Below are positions 1 through 11,500 of a stretch of 39,887 nucleotides of DNA, one piece after another. The translations under genes were made by a program, and so were the position numbers. The DNA lies in the NCBI RefSeq assembly GCF_001194135.2, contig NC_068988.1, positions 46,869,922 through 46,909,808 of the forward strand, in the 5' to 3' direction. The DNA comes from Octopus bimaculoides (lineage: Eukaryota). The stretch's first letter is position 1, and every line of letters starts with the position of its first letter. The notes beneath the pieces are model-generated. The model was not told the origin of the DNA, did not search any database, and worked only from the letters and a program-made list of their open reading frames with translations.

Positions 1-188
1 ATCTACTCTCTCCCCCCAAACCCACCCGTTCTGCCGTCTCCCGCCTCCTTTTTCCCCTCACCTAAAACTCCACCACCCTACCTCTCCAACACACCATTCT
101 CCGAGCTTTCTGGCGTCTCCAGTCCGACCCCTCCACTTCACGCATCTTCCCTAACTGACCGCTCCCCTCCTTCAAACAAGCACACAAC

Positions 189-563
189 CTATGAGACCTC
201 CTGGTCTACAGCTTCTTCCCCAACCCAACCTAACCTAAGCTTAGTTATGCTATCACATGATTTTATTACCTCAATTTCTTTATCATTTTCTCTACAAGCA
301 ATATGCAAATTCCTACCCCATTCCTCCTCATTAATAAAAATGTATACCTCTTCTCTTTCACACAAATGGTTTGACTGTGTTCCACTCAAGCTTACACATC
401 CATCTTTACTTAAGTATTTCTTCAATTGCTCTTGATTTACCTTTGATTGTTCCAATGTAAAGGGTGGTAGCCCTAACAGTTTCCAAAATGATAGAAAGCA
501 TGGAGTGCCAATGGTGGGTGGTGGATCGATTTTCATTTTATACTCTAAAACACACTCACACAT
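189..563 (-). other. 124-codon non-repetitive ORF; possibly a diverged LINE ORF1-like N-terminus or an isolated host exon
   Basis: Complex, non-microsatellite ORF from the track. Reading on in frame through single stops gives ...KLRLGWV...SGGVGLE, which loosely parallels KIRIPRV...WWGFGLE in the ORF1 at 25820-26650. A possible acceptor (TTTTAG|AG) lies at 545/544. Similarity judged by eye only. Confidence 0.25.
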
Positions 564-685
564 TTATTTATTTGTAGAAACTTCGAATTCGCTGTCAATT
601 AAAGTATTAATAAAATCTGACTTACACTTATAGTGAATTCTTTCTTCACTTAATCTTCAAGTTTTATACTTATAAAACTCCCTGT

Positions 686-854
686 AAGTATATATATGTG
701 TGTGTGCATCTTTGTGTGCGTGCGTGTATGGATATACTGACATTTATACAAACACATACACACATATATATATAAACATACATACATATATATGTGTGTG
801 TGTGTGTATGTATGTATGTGTGTGTGTTTGTGTGCATATGTATGTATGTATATG

Positions 855-913
<59 letters not shown>

Positions 914-980
914 NNNNNNNNNNNNNNNNNNNNNNNNNNNNNNNNNNNNNNNNNNNNNNNNNNNNNNNNNTACCTGCATG

Positions 981-1014
<34 letters not shown>

Positions 1015-1048
1015 TCTATATATATATACATACATACATACCTGCATG

Positions 1049-1079
<31 letters not shown>

Positions 1080-1145
1080 TATCTGCACACATATTTGTAT
1101 ATGTACATTTATATCATATATACACACATATATATGTATATATGT
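686..1145. repeat. Compound (TA)n/(CA)n/(TG)n microsatellite containing an assembly gap
   Basis: Direct reading; N run at 914-970; TACCTGCATGCATAC unit repeated just after the gap. Confidence 0.95.
914..970. other. Assembly gap (57 N)
   Basis: N run in the sequence. Confidence 1.
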
Positions 1146-1534
1146 AAAAACATAACAAGAAGTAATGAAAAGGAAAAGTCAGTGACAACAATGAATGACT
1201 GAATAATAGGTATTTAAATATAATAAAAAAACAAAATTCCCCAAAAGTTTGTGAACAATAACAATGTGTCTTTTTTTGCAAAACCTTTCAAAACATTTTT
1301 AGATTATTTCACTTTTGACCTTTGCAAACACTGACCTGAACAAAAGTGTTTTTTTTCTCTCGAAAGGAACAACCGTCTTTTCACATCGACTAATCTGTGT
1401 GTCTGGTAGGAATAAAATAGTGATTTAACCAATTGTTAATTCTTCACTCCCATCCAGACTTATGCCATCACTAAATATGCCAAAGTGGAACTTGTTTTTG
1501 CCAAAGAATAGGATTGAATATATTTATGTTGTTG

Positions 1535-1549
1535 CTACTACTACCACTG

Positions 1550-1599
<50 letters not shown>
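1535..1599. repeat. (CTA)n microsatellite
   Basis: About 20 near-perfect CTA units. Confidence 0.97.
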
Positions 1600-1600
<1 letters not shown>

Positions 1601-1719
1601 ATTTATACATTTATTTCATTGAACAATATAGATACAAAATACTGTTTTCTTTTTTCTGCATGTTATCAAGTCTTTACAAATATCTTACATTAAAAAATAT
1701 CTTTCTTAGAATATGAAGT

Positions 1720-2065
1720 GTTCCAAAGAAAGCCATCTTTCGTAATTTTTTTGTATGGTTGCCTTCATTTTCAACCGTTTTGGAGTGGACCGATAGCTTG
1801 TGTATCATTTAAACTAATCCTCCAATGATCGGCGAAGTATGGAGAAGGAGATGTAAGCACATAGGCAACATCGTGAGGAAAGGTCTCAATGATGACTTTA
1901 TGACAGCTATGCCATGGGCTACTGAAAGTAAGAAGAAGCGTGTAAGACCAAAAAACACATGAAGAGGAACTCCTGAAAAAAATAGAAGCAGGCCAGTGGA
2001 TGTGGAACATCGAAGCAGGTGCAAAACTTAGCACGAAATGGAAACAGAATACTCTGACAATAAGT
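1720..2065 (+). mobile_element. Decayed RTE-type LINE, 3' end of the ORF
   Basis: Plus-strand translation RRRCKHIGNIVRKGLNDDFMTAMPWATESKKKRVRPKNT*R...WNIEAGAKLSTKWKQ matches the RTE C-terminal pattern RW.wiGHvlR...W.P.G.R.RGRPk.TW; contains a stop and a frameshift. Confidence 0.75.
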
Positions 2066-2334
2066 GGTATGATAGTTACTTTTATTGCTAGAAATCCTTA
2101 TATCCATTATAATTCTACTTTTAATACAACATATTTCAAGATCTTTTCTGCCTCAATGCTTGCAATGTTTGTATCTGAAAGAATTGCAACAGTTATTATA
2201 AGGTTTTTAATTTATTTTATATCATACATAATAATATCTGATCTACAGTATTGAACTATTATGTACAACTGGGTCTCAAAATCTCATAGAAATTTTAGGT
2301 GTACCAGTTTCATGTCAAGCATTTTGTTTGACAT

Positions 2335-2806
2335 GACTGTATCTTTCCACTTGCCTGTAAAACTCATTTGGTTTCAAAGCAAAGAACTCTGAAATGTCAG
2401 TTTCGACCTCCTCTGGCTTGTGAAAGTTATGTCCCCCAAATGATTCCGTAAACTACGAAAGAAATGGTAGTCTGAAGGAGCAAGGTTGGGAGGATAAGGT
2501 GGATGAGAAATTTTTTCCCAACCAAGCTCTTCGATCTTCTGTGATGTGATCTTTGCAGTGTGGGGTCGCGCATTGTCCTGATGAAACATCACTCCTTTTT
2601 GATTCACTAAAGTGTGTCTTTTTTTCTTCAAAGCTTGCCTCATATGCTCTTTGGATACTTCCATGTAAGAGTGTTAATTAGTTTAAATGTACACAAATGC
2701 ATAAAAATAATTTTTTATTCCATTAGACATTCTAAAATACTATTAAAAATTTCATTCAATTTTAAAAAAAGGTAAAATCGACCAGAACTTATGGGATGAC
2801 CTGATA
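2335..2806 (-). mobile_element. Internally deleted mariner (Tc1/mariner) element with 5' TIR
   Basis: ORF 2374-2664 carries HQDNARPH and HPPYPPNLAPSDYHFFRSL (mariner catalytic motifs). TIR-like end TA|TCAGGTCATCCCATAAGTTCTG on the minus strand at about 2781-2806. 3' TIR not found. Confidence 0.9.
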
Positions 2807-4529
2807 ATTTAATGCTTTTGAATGACCATTCTAATCCTCAGGTCTCTTTAAAAATGTGTTACACATAATTTTGTCGTACACAAGTGTGATTAATAAAACA
2901 AGATAAGCAATAGTTGGTGGTTCTGAGAGGCTGGCACAGAACCACCAGTGATGGAGTACACTGATGGACCTTGTCAGCTCTACACATGATGATACCTCTG
3001 GGACCACTAACTTGGAATGACCCTAGCCACATCAAGCAAGGGCATGAAGCCAAGCTAAGAAGCCAGGCTTTAAAACCAATGTACTGTATCAACAGTATAA
3101 TGATTGGAAAATTTAAGATTTAAATTCTGTTGATTAAACTTGTAACTTGCACATTGATACTTGAATATTAATGGGTTCAAATCCTGAATTTTTGTCAAAT
3201 GAATCCTTCTAGAATGTACTTACATTTTTTCAGTGATGTGTACTTTTACATGAGAGTAACTGCTAACAAATTCAAAATATGATATGCATAACACACTTAC
3301 ACTGTTCAAAAAACTTTGAATACTGAAATCATACTGTATGGTTAAATGTGAGATTTAAAAGATAAAGATTTATCTGGAATATATGAGAAACTGTTCTCAA
3401 AGATTCTAATTTCTAGCTATATAAGAGCATATAGAGAGATTTCAAGCCATTTATACAATAATGTATGTTTCTTTTTTATTCCATCCCTGAAAATGATCTA
3501 GTATAATTATCTAATTAATTATACAGTTATTTAATTACTTACTATAAAAACCACTCTATTTCCAAACAGTTTTGTGCTGTACAATGGATCTTATCTATAT
3601 GAATTGAAATAAGAGAATCTCTTTGATTAATTAATTACACAGCAGATCATTAATGTAATATAATATAAAAACTTATGATATTTCAAAATTCTAATTTTCA
3701 TAGTCTTCTAATTTTCTAAACATTATTTAATTTACTCAATATTTAATGTGATATATCATTTTGTTATCACATGTTATTAAAAAAAAACAAAAAACGCCTG
3801 TACAAGAATATCTTTCCATCAGAATATTGACCAGGCTTTTGAACCTTCTACTATAAATTTAGTTCTTGATGTCTTTGTTTTCAAGTTGGAGATGTTTTTA
3901 AAAGCCTCTAGATCTCAATTTAAATGTAGCGCATTATCATTACATCAAGCACATTTATATTAATTAAATATGACGGTTTTGAAAGTATATGATTTATAAA
4001 TGAACCTAACAAATGAAATTCACCATTGAATGTAATGTTCATTGCTTTGCTACCCATAATGCATTAAAATAGTTTGAAATCTCACAATGGAAAGCAAAAT
4101 GCATATCATACACCCATTACTTCATATAATATTAATGTATCGCAAAGATATCCTAAATTCTTTTATTGTATTTTCAGTAAGCATCTAATCATTTATCAAC
4201 ACAAAAATACATGTACATTATAACGTAATTCATTTAATTAAAATACTAGTCAAGATTTGAACCTATAATACGAAGTTTTACTTTTGATGTCTAAGCAAGA
4301 AGTCAATGCCTCAGATCCAAATGTTAAATTTTTCAATTATGAATCTACATTTATTCAAACTGAAAAAAAATATGATTAACAAGTGAAACGTTTAAACTAG
4401 CCTAAATACACTAGATGCTATACATGAACTTAAATAACAAATATCGCAAAAAATTTTTCAAATTATGTTGTGCACTCTGCAGCCATTTAAGCACCTCATT
4501 GCTATTATCTATCTCAGGGAGCCAATACC

Positions 4530-4680
4530 ATTTATTTTCTCTTTCTTTCCCCTTCTCCTACCAGATGTGAGTAGCCATGCAAATACTCTACAAGAACTTG
4601 CTCTGCCTTCTCAGTTCCCGTATTTCAATTCCCTTGGTCGCAAGCATGAATCTGAAACAACCCAACCCACCTCAGGGGGT
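4530..4680 (-). mobile_element. Short decayed RTE LINE fragment
   Basis: Minus-strand LATKGI...YLHG resembles the RTE post-RT motif LLtTKGlSlr...mLHGsEtW; heavily mutated. Confidence 0.35.
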
Positions 4681-4835
4681 TTGTAGTTCTACATGCTGTA
4701 GAATTCAGGAGAAAATCAAACATGTGGAGTATGAAAAAATCCTTGGACACATCACATCCAGCTAAACCATCCAAACCATATCAGCATGGAATGCAGATGT
4801 TAAATGATGATGATGATAATGTAGATACTCCTCCT

Positions 4836-4985
4836 CATCATCATCGTTAAACATCCATTTTCCATGCTGGCATGGGTTGGATAGTTTGACAGGAGCTGGC
4901 CAGCCAGGGAGCTGGCCTGACTCCAATTGTCTATTGTAGCATGGTTTCTACAGCTGGATGTCCTTCCTAATGCCAACCACTTTAT
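4836..4985 (-). mobile_element. SINE 3' half (V-domain-like GGAAGGGCATCCAGC motif, RTE-type tail ending in (GAT)n)
   Basis: Reverse complement reads GTGGTTGGCATTAGGAAGGACATCCAGCTGTAGAAACC...CCCATGCCAGCATGGAAAATGGATGTTTAACGATGATGATG. Same family at 5694, 14905 and 16763. A plus-strand tail of this family lies tail-to-tail at about 4745-4817. Confidence 0.85.
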
Positions 4986-5038
4986 ACCATGGACTGTGTG
5001 CTTTTTGTGTTCCACTGGTATATAAATATTTATGTATT

Positions 5039-5088
<50 letters not shown>

Positions 5089-5416
5089 AGTATGTATATC
5101 TATGTCTATCAATATGTGTATGTGTGTGTCAGAGTGTGTGCAGTATTAATACTGTGGTTTCATAGAATGCAGTCCTTCTTGTTACAGAAAATTCAAGCAC
5201 GTCAGTATTTGATTACTTAGAGCAATTGAAATTGCTTTGCCCTAACGGTCCTGTCAACTACATTGTTCCACCACCATGTCACAATACGCGAGAGGAGATT
5301 TTGCACCAGCCATAGATCTGGTCAGTAGCCCTCAAAAGGTTGCCTTGTAGGAACCCCTAGTTGTCCTCCACATTAAGTGATGCTATATCCTCCTCTTTTT
5401 CGTCAAGACCTTGAAG

Positions 5417-5417
<1 letters not shown>

Positions 5418-5487
<70 letters not shown>
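5418..5487. repeat. (TA)n microsatellite
   Basis: About 35 TA units. Confidence 0.97.
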
Positions 5488-5491
<4 letters not shown>

Positions 5492-5660
5492 GAATTTACA
5501 AAAGAACAAAAGATGGAGATGGCTGTGCAAACAACAAACAGATGTATTAGTTTAATGCCCAGGAAGTGAGAAAGTCTTTTACGTTTCGAGCCTACGCTCT
5601 TCGACAAAAAGGAACATGAAATAAACAGCGAGAGAAAATAGAAAAAGGTTTAGTGGCTAG
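5488..5660 (-). mobile_element. Penelope-like element terminal (pseudo-LTR) fragment
   Basis: Contains the ACGTTTCG...CTTC motif typical of Penelope termini and a hammerhead-like fold (5576-5611), abutting a (TA)n tract. Confidence 0.6.
5576..5611 (-). ncRNA. Variant minimal type I hammerhead-like motif, probably inactive in this copy
   Basis: Minus strand CTTT-TTGTCGA-A-GAGC(GTAG)GCTC-GAA-ACGT-A-AAAG: stem I CTTT/AAAG, stem II GAGC/GCTC, palindromic helix III ACGT, GUA cleavage triplet. The core deviates from CUGANGA at C3 and A6. Confidence 0.5.
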
Positions 5661-5693
5661 TGATATTCACACACACACACATATGTATACATA

Positions 5694-5858
5694 CATCATC
5701 ATCATCATCATGATCATCATCGTTTAACGTCCGCTTTCCACACTAGCATGGGTTGGATGATTTGACTGAGGATTGGTGAAACCAGATGGCTACACCAGGC
5801 TCCAATCTGATTTGGCAGAGTTTCTACAGCTGGATGCCCTTCCTAACGCCAACCACTC
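5694..5858 (-). mobile_element. SINE 3' half (V-domain-like, RTE-type tail)
   Basis: (CAT)n CGTTTAACGTCCGCTTTCCA...CAGCTGGATGCCCTTCCTAACGCCAACCAC, homologous to 4836-4985. Confidence 0.85.
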
Positions 5859-5859
5859 A

Positions 5860-6012
5860 AAGTATATATATATATGCATATATATGTATGTATATATATG
5901 TATATATATATATTTATATACATATATTTATAAATAACTATATATACACATGAGAGAGAGATGGATAGATAAATAGACTGATAGATATGCATATACATAT
6001 ACATATATATAT

Positions 6013-6063
<51 letters not shown>

Positions 6064-6169
6064 GATAGATAGATAGATAGATAGATATAGATATATAGAT
6101 ATATAAGTGTGTCTGTGTATATATATCTATATATATGCACATGCATGCATACATACATACATACATTCA

Positions 6170-6203
<34 letters not shown>

Positions 6204-6225
6204 TGTGCACATATGTGTGTGTGTT
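5860..6225. repeat. Compound (TA)n/(GATA)n/(CATA)n microsatellite
   Basis: Direct reading. Confidence 0.93.
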
Positions 6226-6345
6226 CTCAGTTTCTGTCCAGTAGTTCCATTCAAAAGGTATTGGTCAATTAAAGGCAATAGTAAATGACACTTTCTCATG
6301 TTGCTATGCAATAGGCTAGAACCCAGAATGATGTGGTTGTGAGGT
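6226..6345 (-). mobile_element. Degenerate tRNA-derived SINE 5' half (family of 30278)
   Basis: Reverse complement resembles ...AACCACAT...GGGTTC...TGTCATTTACTATTGCC...GACAGAAACTGAG, as in the copy at 30278. Confidence 0.5.
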
Positions 6346-6399
6346 GAACTTCAAAAGCAAAAAGAAAATTAGACTCATTGAGAGACAGAGAGATAAGTA

Positions 6400-7420
6400 A
6401 GAAATATACTTACACAGACACACAGAAAGATCAAAAGAAAGAAAGACACAAAGAAGAAGAACAGACAGACAGAGATATTATTAAACAAGGTGCCTCAGAT
6501 ATAATAGAGAGAAAATGGGACGCTGTAATGTTTGTAATCTTATGAGCGATATTAAGAACATTAGTGAAATTATTCCGTTTGGGAATTCAAAACCAGCGAA
6601 CTATACTTAAATATACGGGCTAAAGGTAGATAATTAAATCATCTAGTAACTAGATACATAGACTGGACAGATAGAAAGTCAGATTGTTAGATAGGCAGAC
6701 AGAGAGATGGGACATAGACAATGTGACTGAGAGGAAGATAGATAGATAGATAGACAAACACTCACACACGTAGATTGGCATGTCCATTGATAGATAGAGA
6801 TAAACACATTGATAAAGTTAAGTGTGTATATATGTACATACATTCATAGATACATCTGAATAAATAGATATATATGTACAAAAGCAGACACATGGCAAGA
6901 TATCTAAATAAGTATATAGGTATTCAGGTAGAATAGCCCCTTGCCAGTTTTGAATGAGCTTGCATTTTATTCTAGATATTTTGATAAGCTTACAGTACTC
7001 AAAGTTTCACACTTGTGTGCAGCTTTTGAAGCAACTAGGAGAGTACTATCTCCATGTATGTGTGTCTTTTTGTTATGTATAAATAGATATATACTATGTA
7101 TGTATGTACACACACACACATACATGCACATATATACATACATATATATGTATATATGTACAGCTATATATACACCTACACCCAATATGTGTGTGCACAC
7201 ACTCATACATGTATATATATGTGGATATATCATAAATCCACATCAGGTTTAGAGAATAGTGTATATACATGCAAGCATACAGATAGGCGAGTAAATAGGC
7301 AAACAACTATGTAAAATGTTAGACATGAAAATATATAGATTAGAGAATTGTTGGTCAAAAGAACAGACAGAGAAATGAAACAGGGAGTCAGATAGATATA
7401 GACATCCATATTCATATCAA
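6400..7420. repeat. Degenerate (GATA/GACA)n and (TA/CA)n low-complexity tract
   Basis: Direct reading. Confidence 0.8.
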
Positions 7421-8371
7421 TAATAAGATTCAGATATTTATTCTCTACTTGTTTCCTCTGTCCATTTCCTTCTCTCTCTATGCTAATATTTGCTTGACCT
7501 TCGACACAATGATGAAGGTCAGTTGTAGAGAGTAATACTGAAATAGTGATTCACTTCTTGTATTGCCTCATTGTCAGCAGAAATTATCTTGTTATGGTGT
7601 TGATTGTTGATTGAATGACAGTGTCTCATAATTCTTTCTCCCTGTATACGTGTTAAGGCAAGATAAAAATGATTAGTTCATTATACAAAATGGCTGTCAG
7701 TAAGTGATCTTTTCATCCCGAGGTTTTGGTTGTGATGTAGGAGTCAAGAACTATTGGTATGGAAATACTATTGCTGCTTATATTCGTTTTATGGTAACCA
7801 TTACAGATATTTTTGTTGTTATAATCTTCATTGTGGCTGATGTTGTCATTGTTGTTGAGTAGACTTTCATTCAGTGCTACCAGAAAAGACTCTATAACAC
7901 TAGTAGATGCTAAGGGAACTATATCACTTAATCAAGTTCTTAGTCGTGATAACTTATTTTTTTTATTGCAATAAGGGTGATTGTGATGTAGGGAAATAAA
8001 TGCATGCTTTTTAGAGTCTCAAACATTAAAATCCTCAAGAGCTCTCTTTATTGTTGTAGTGTTGTTATATAGAATAGATAAACATATTTCAAGTTTCTGA
8101 AAATGTAGCTGTACCCACCTTAATGACTAAAGCAGTGTTTCTCATGTAGAAATGAAACTGACAAAATTGAAAAACGGATGATATGAGAAAATTGCGATAA
8201 AAATGGAATGGTTTTAAGGCAAAAAAATCTCTCTATATTTTAGTGGGGCAGATTTGATCATTGTCAGTTCAAGAGCTACACTACTCAATAACAGATGTTT
8301 TTAAACTGGTACAACTAAATCTCTACTCCCACCCTAAGTGTATTGGGTTTACATAAGTGTGTCTTAGCCAC

Positions 8372-8510
8372 AGGTATGGCTGTGTGGTTAGGAATTTTAT
8401 TTCCCAACAACATGGTGGTATGTTGGGCAAGTATCTTCTACTGCAGTCTTGGGCCAACAACAGCTTTGTGATTTGATTTGGCTGCTGGAAACAGAAAGCA
8501 GCCTACTGTG
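8372..8510 (+). mobile_element. Degenerate tRNA-derived SINE 5' half
   Basis: GTGTGGTTAGG...CCCAACAACATGG...TTGGGCAAGTATCTTCTACT...GGAAACAGAAAGCAGCC, homologous to 30278-30425. Confidence 0.65.
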
Positions 8511-8559
8511 TGTGTATACATACATATTTACATACATATATATGCACCACCACGTACAT

Positions 8560-8960
8560 AATCTAGTCCAATTAAATCCAGAAGTCCAAGTTTTTGACCA
8601 TTATGCTCTTTTGGAAGCAACAATTCCTAGCACTAAGTTTCTGCTTTGTCAACAAAGAAACAACTTTCTTTAATCAATGACTGGCAGTACTTGAAGACAA
8701 GATAGAGACACAATTAAAACGACCTACAATGCAATTGGCCAGTCAATTCTCAATTATGCAAGTCAAGTGTGGAGTCTATCAGTCTCAAACACAGCATACA
8801 AGAAGATGCAAATTGTATAAAATGTAGCTCTTCACATGTTACACATTCCTTTGAGCAAATAGCTGAAGATCATCTGCAATATGTGACAGAAATGCTAAAT
8901 GTGCAAAATGCAACCACACTTGTACATTCTGGCTTTACATTACCTTGGTCAGGGCCATAA
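8560..8960 (+). mobile_element. Decayed I-group (Ingi/Nimb/Jockey-like) LINE, post-RT region
   Basis: Translation QRNNFL*SMTGST*RQDRDTIKTTYNAIGQSILNYASQVWSLSVSNTAYKKMQIV*NVAL matches the pattern RNNvLksLaGstWG.dketl..tYkAigrsvlnYaapvW; in-frame stops. Confidence 0.75.
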
Positions 8961-10019
8961 CAAAAGTCACACAGGTCACCAGTTTTCTTCCCTTTCAGAC
9001 TATATATGAACAAGAAAGTTAACTATTCACAAAATTTAAAGAAAACCTCAGGCAATTTAGAAATTTGTCAAATAAAGGAGATTCAAAAATCGATGAAGAA
9101 AATGATTCATATATGGTTAAAGCTATATTAAGAAGCTAACAGCACTTTATATTACTAAGAGTTTAGTAGGAAAATATTGCCTACCACAGAAAAGAAGGGC
9201 ATTCCAGTTTTTGGTTTGTACTAAATGACTATCACAGTCAAATAGCTCTAACTTGTTTTATAATACAAATTATACAGAAATTTCGTTCATTTAAAATACA
9301 GTAAATATTGTGCAATTATAAGTTCTTGAGAAACAATGTGGCTCTAGAAACTCACATGCATATTCATATATATATATTGGCACATCCACACACATACAGC
9401 CACGCACATATACACACACATAAATAAATGCATGCATACATACACACTCACATAAACACATAGTTGTACAAAGGGACTTGGAGTGACATTCGGACAGGCA
9501 TTTACGCACAAACATATGCACATACAAATATATATACTTCTCACTTGAACACTTGTTACACATTAACTGATGCATAAGCATATATTTGAACATAAATATA
9601 CATACTACGATATGAAGAAATATGTTTTCAGTTCTTACAAGACTGCAGTGTATCTGTGATGAAGCTTCTGCTAATTTAAGTTGACAGGATCAGGATCACA
9701 TTTCCCATTTGCTAAAGAGTAAATACTGATTTCCCGACAGAATATTACTGACCCAGTGCATAGAAATAATGGTGCAGTGTTGCACAGTTATTGACCTAAC
9801 TGTTCAGATAATTACTAAGTGTTATTCTCATTTTGATATCACAGACAAGTGGAACTTGGGAACAAACTTAAGGCGTCTAAAATGCCTCATGAGAAGTTGA
9901 TGTGGTGCCAGATCATTTTAAAGTTAATATGTCTACAACGAGTTCTTTCTTTCAATATAATGGAAATATGTATGCAGAGCTGGCTATTGATACATTTCAA
10001 CACTACTATTTTCTTCCAT

Positions 10020-10170
10020 ATAAGGAGGCTTGGTCTAGTGGTTAAGATGTTGCACTCATGGTTGTGAGTCCGTGGTTTCAATACTTGGACTGGGTGGTGT
10101 GCTGAGTTCCTGAGAAAAACTCTTCCTCACACGTTGCTTTGTGGTCATTTCAACACCTAAGAAAATAACA
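10020..10170 (+). mobile_element. Degenerate tRNA-derived CORE-like SINE
   Basis: A-box-like TGGTCTAGTGGTTAAG and a body homologous to the copy at 23474. Confidence 0.6.
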
Positions 10171-10499
10171 TGATATGCAGGACTCCACACAGAAAATTGA
10201 ACAACATGACCAAACAGTCAAAGCTGATGATCTTGAATCATACAAGTAACAAGAGGCATCCCAGTTTCTGACTATAGTCGTTGACTTGATATGAAATCCA
10301 ACCAATGGTAACCAAAACTCCTGCAAAGTGCTACTTTTATCTCACTTTACTATCTTTTCCATTTCTTTTCCTGTTATCATTTGTGCAAATCTCTGCAACA
10401 AACTGTAAACTGTCCTTGTGATGTACCCCTAATTTATGCCTCTGAGGCTAATAAGAGAAAAGTGCTACTTCCCAGAAAATTTATGTAAAGATGGGTGAC

Positions 10500-11500
10500 T
10501 GTGGACAAAAATGTTAGAGTCAATATGGTATGCTAAGCATGTACCTGTAGATTGGAGAATAACATTTGGGCAAGGACTCATATCTTTGGTGGTCAGGGTA
10601 ATCCTGGATGTGTAGAGTTCCTTGATTGAGCTTAGTTCAAGTTTCTCCTGTATCAGGAGGACTGCATCATTCATGTTATCACATACTTTGTATACTATGT
10701 ATTAAAGGAGTTCAGATGGTTCCCAAGGGCATCAGACATTGCTCAAGTGTTGTAACTGTAGAGAATTTAGGGAAGACCAGAGAACTATTGATCTAAACTT
10801 TTGTCCTCCTGCTCAGAAATCTGTACCAGACACCCTTCCTCAGTGAGTTCATAACGGCATCAACACAACCAAGCCTTTTGAAGACTTTGAACTTGCAGCT
10901 AATGCTGATACATATCATGCTGCCAAGATAAATGAAGTGGTGAGCAACTTTCAAATTCTCACTTGCAATAAAGACATATGAGATAGAGTCCCCTAGGAAG
11001 ATAGTGAAAGACTAGATCTTTGTCTTGACCCAAGAAACTCTAAGGCCAAGTAGTTCTGCTTCCTCATCAAGTGAAAGGAGAGCATTTGAAAGGCTTTAAA
11101 TCAGCTGAGGGGCATGAAGGTAGCTGTTGCATGTGGTATTCATTGAGAGATCATCAAGAAAGATAGGCTTACTGAAACCTCTGCTCAGTTTGGAGCAGTG
11201 GCATCATACTGTCTGACTGGAAGAATGGCATAAATATCTCTTTCTGGAAAGATAAAGGTGATCACCAAGACTGTAACAACTATAGGGCTGTTACACTTCT
11301 TCCAATGCTGAAGAAGGTCTTTGCCAGGGTTATTCTAAACAAAGTGTGAAACCATCAGTAGCTGGAACAATCAGGGTTCATGATAAAGAGGTCAACTAGT
11401 GACAGGATCCTGGCTTTCCATGTACTCATTGAATGCAGGCAGGGTCTTTGGCAGGGACTGCTTGCAGCTTGCATCAACCTCTGCGAGGAAGTTTGACTGG
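10500..11500 (+). mobile_element. Decayed RTE LINE: end of APE endonuclease to start of RT domain
   Basis: From 11215: DWKNGINISFWKDKGDHQDCNNYRAVTLLPMLKKVFARVILNKV*, then LEQSGFMIKRSTSDRILAFHVLIE (RT domains 0-2 of RTE); upstream NCREFR-like endonuclease remnant. Confidence 0.85.

Noticed and set aside
650-1202. Many 60-150 aa ORFs rich in YI/HT/CV here and at 4800-6311, 6941-7415, 9291-9593, 19443-21273, 23117-23569 and 30304-30912
   Set aside because: Translations of dinucleotide/tetranucleotide microsatellites, which lack stops in some frames.
1771-2034. 87-aa minus-strand ORF that looks protein-like
   Set aside because: Antisense shadow of the plus-strand RTE fragment.
3200-3325. Apparent minus-strand micro-exons with GTAAGT donors (similar candidates at 14287-14296 + and about 21812-21834 -)
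   Set aside because: The two near 3.2-3.3 kb would need a 41-nt intron, and none gives a recognisable peptide; such sites occur by chance in AT-rich DNA.
7496-7560. Box C-like ATGATGA inside an 8-bp inverted repeat
   Set aside because: No terminal box D at snoRNA spacing.
10465-10674. 69-aa minus-strand ORF
   Set aside because: Antisense to the decayed RTE endonuclease region.
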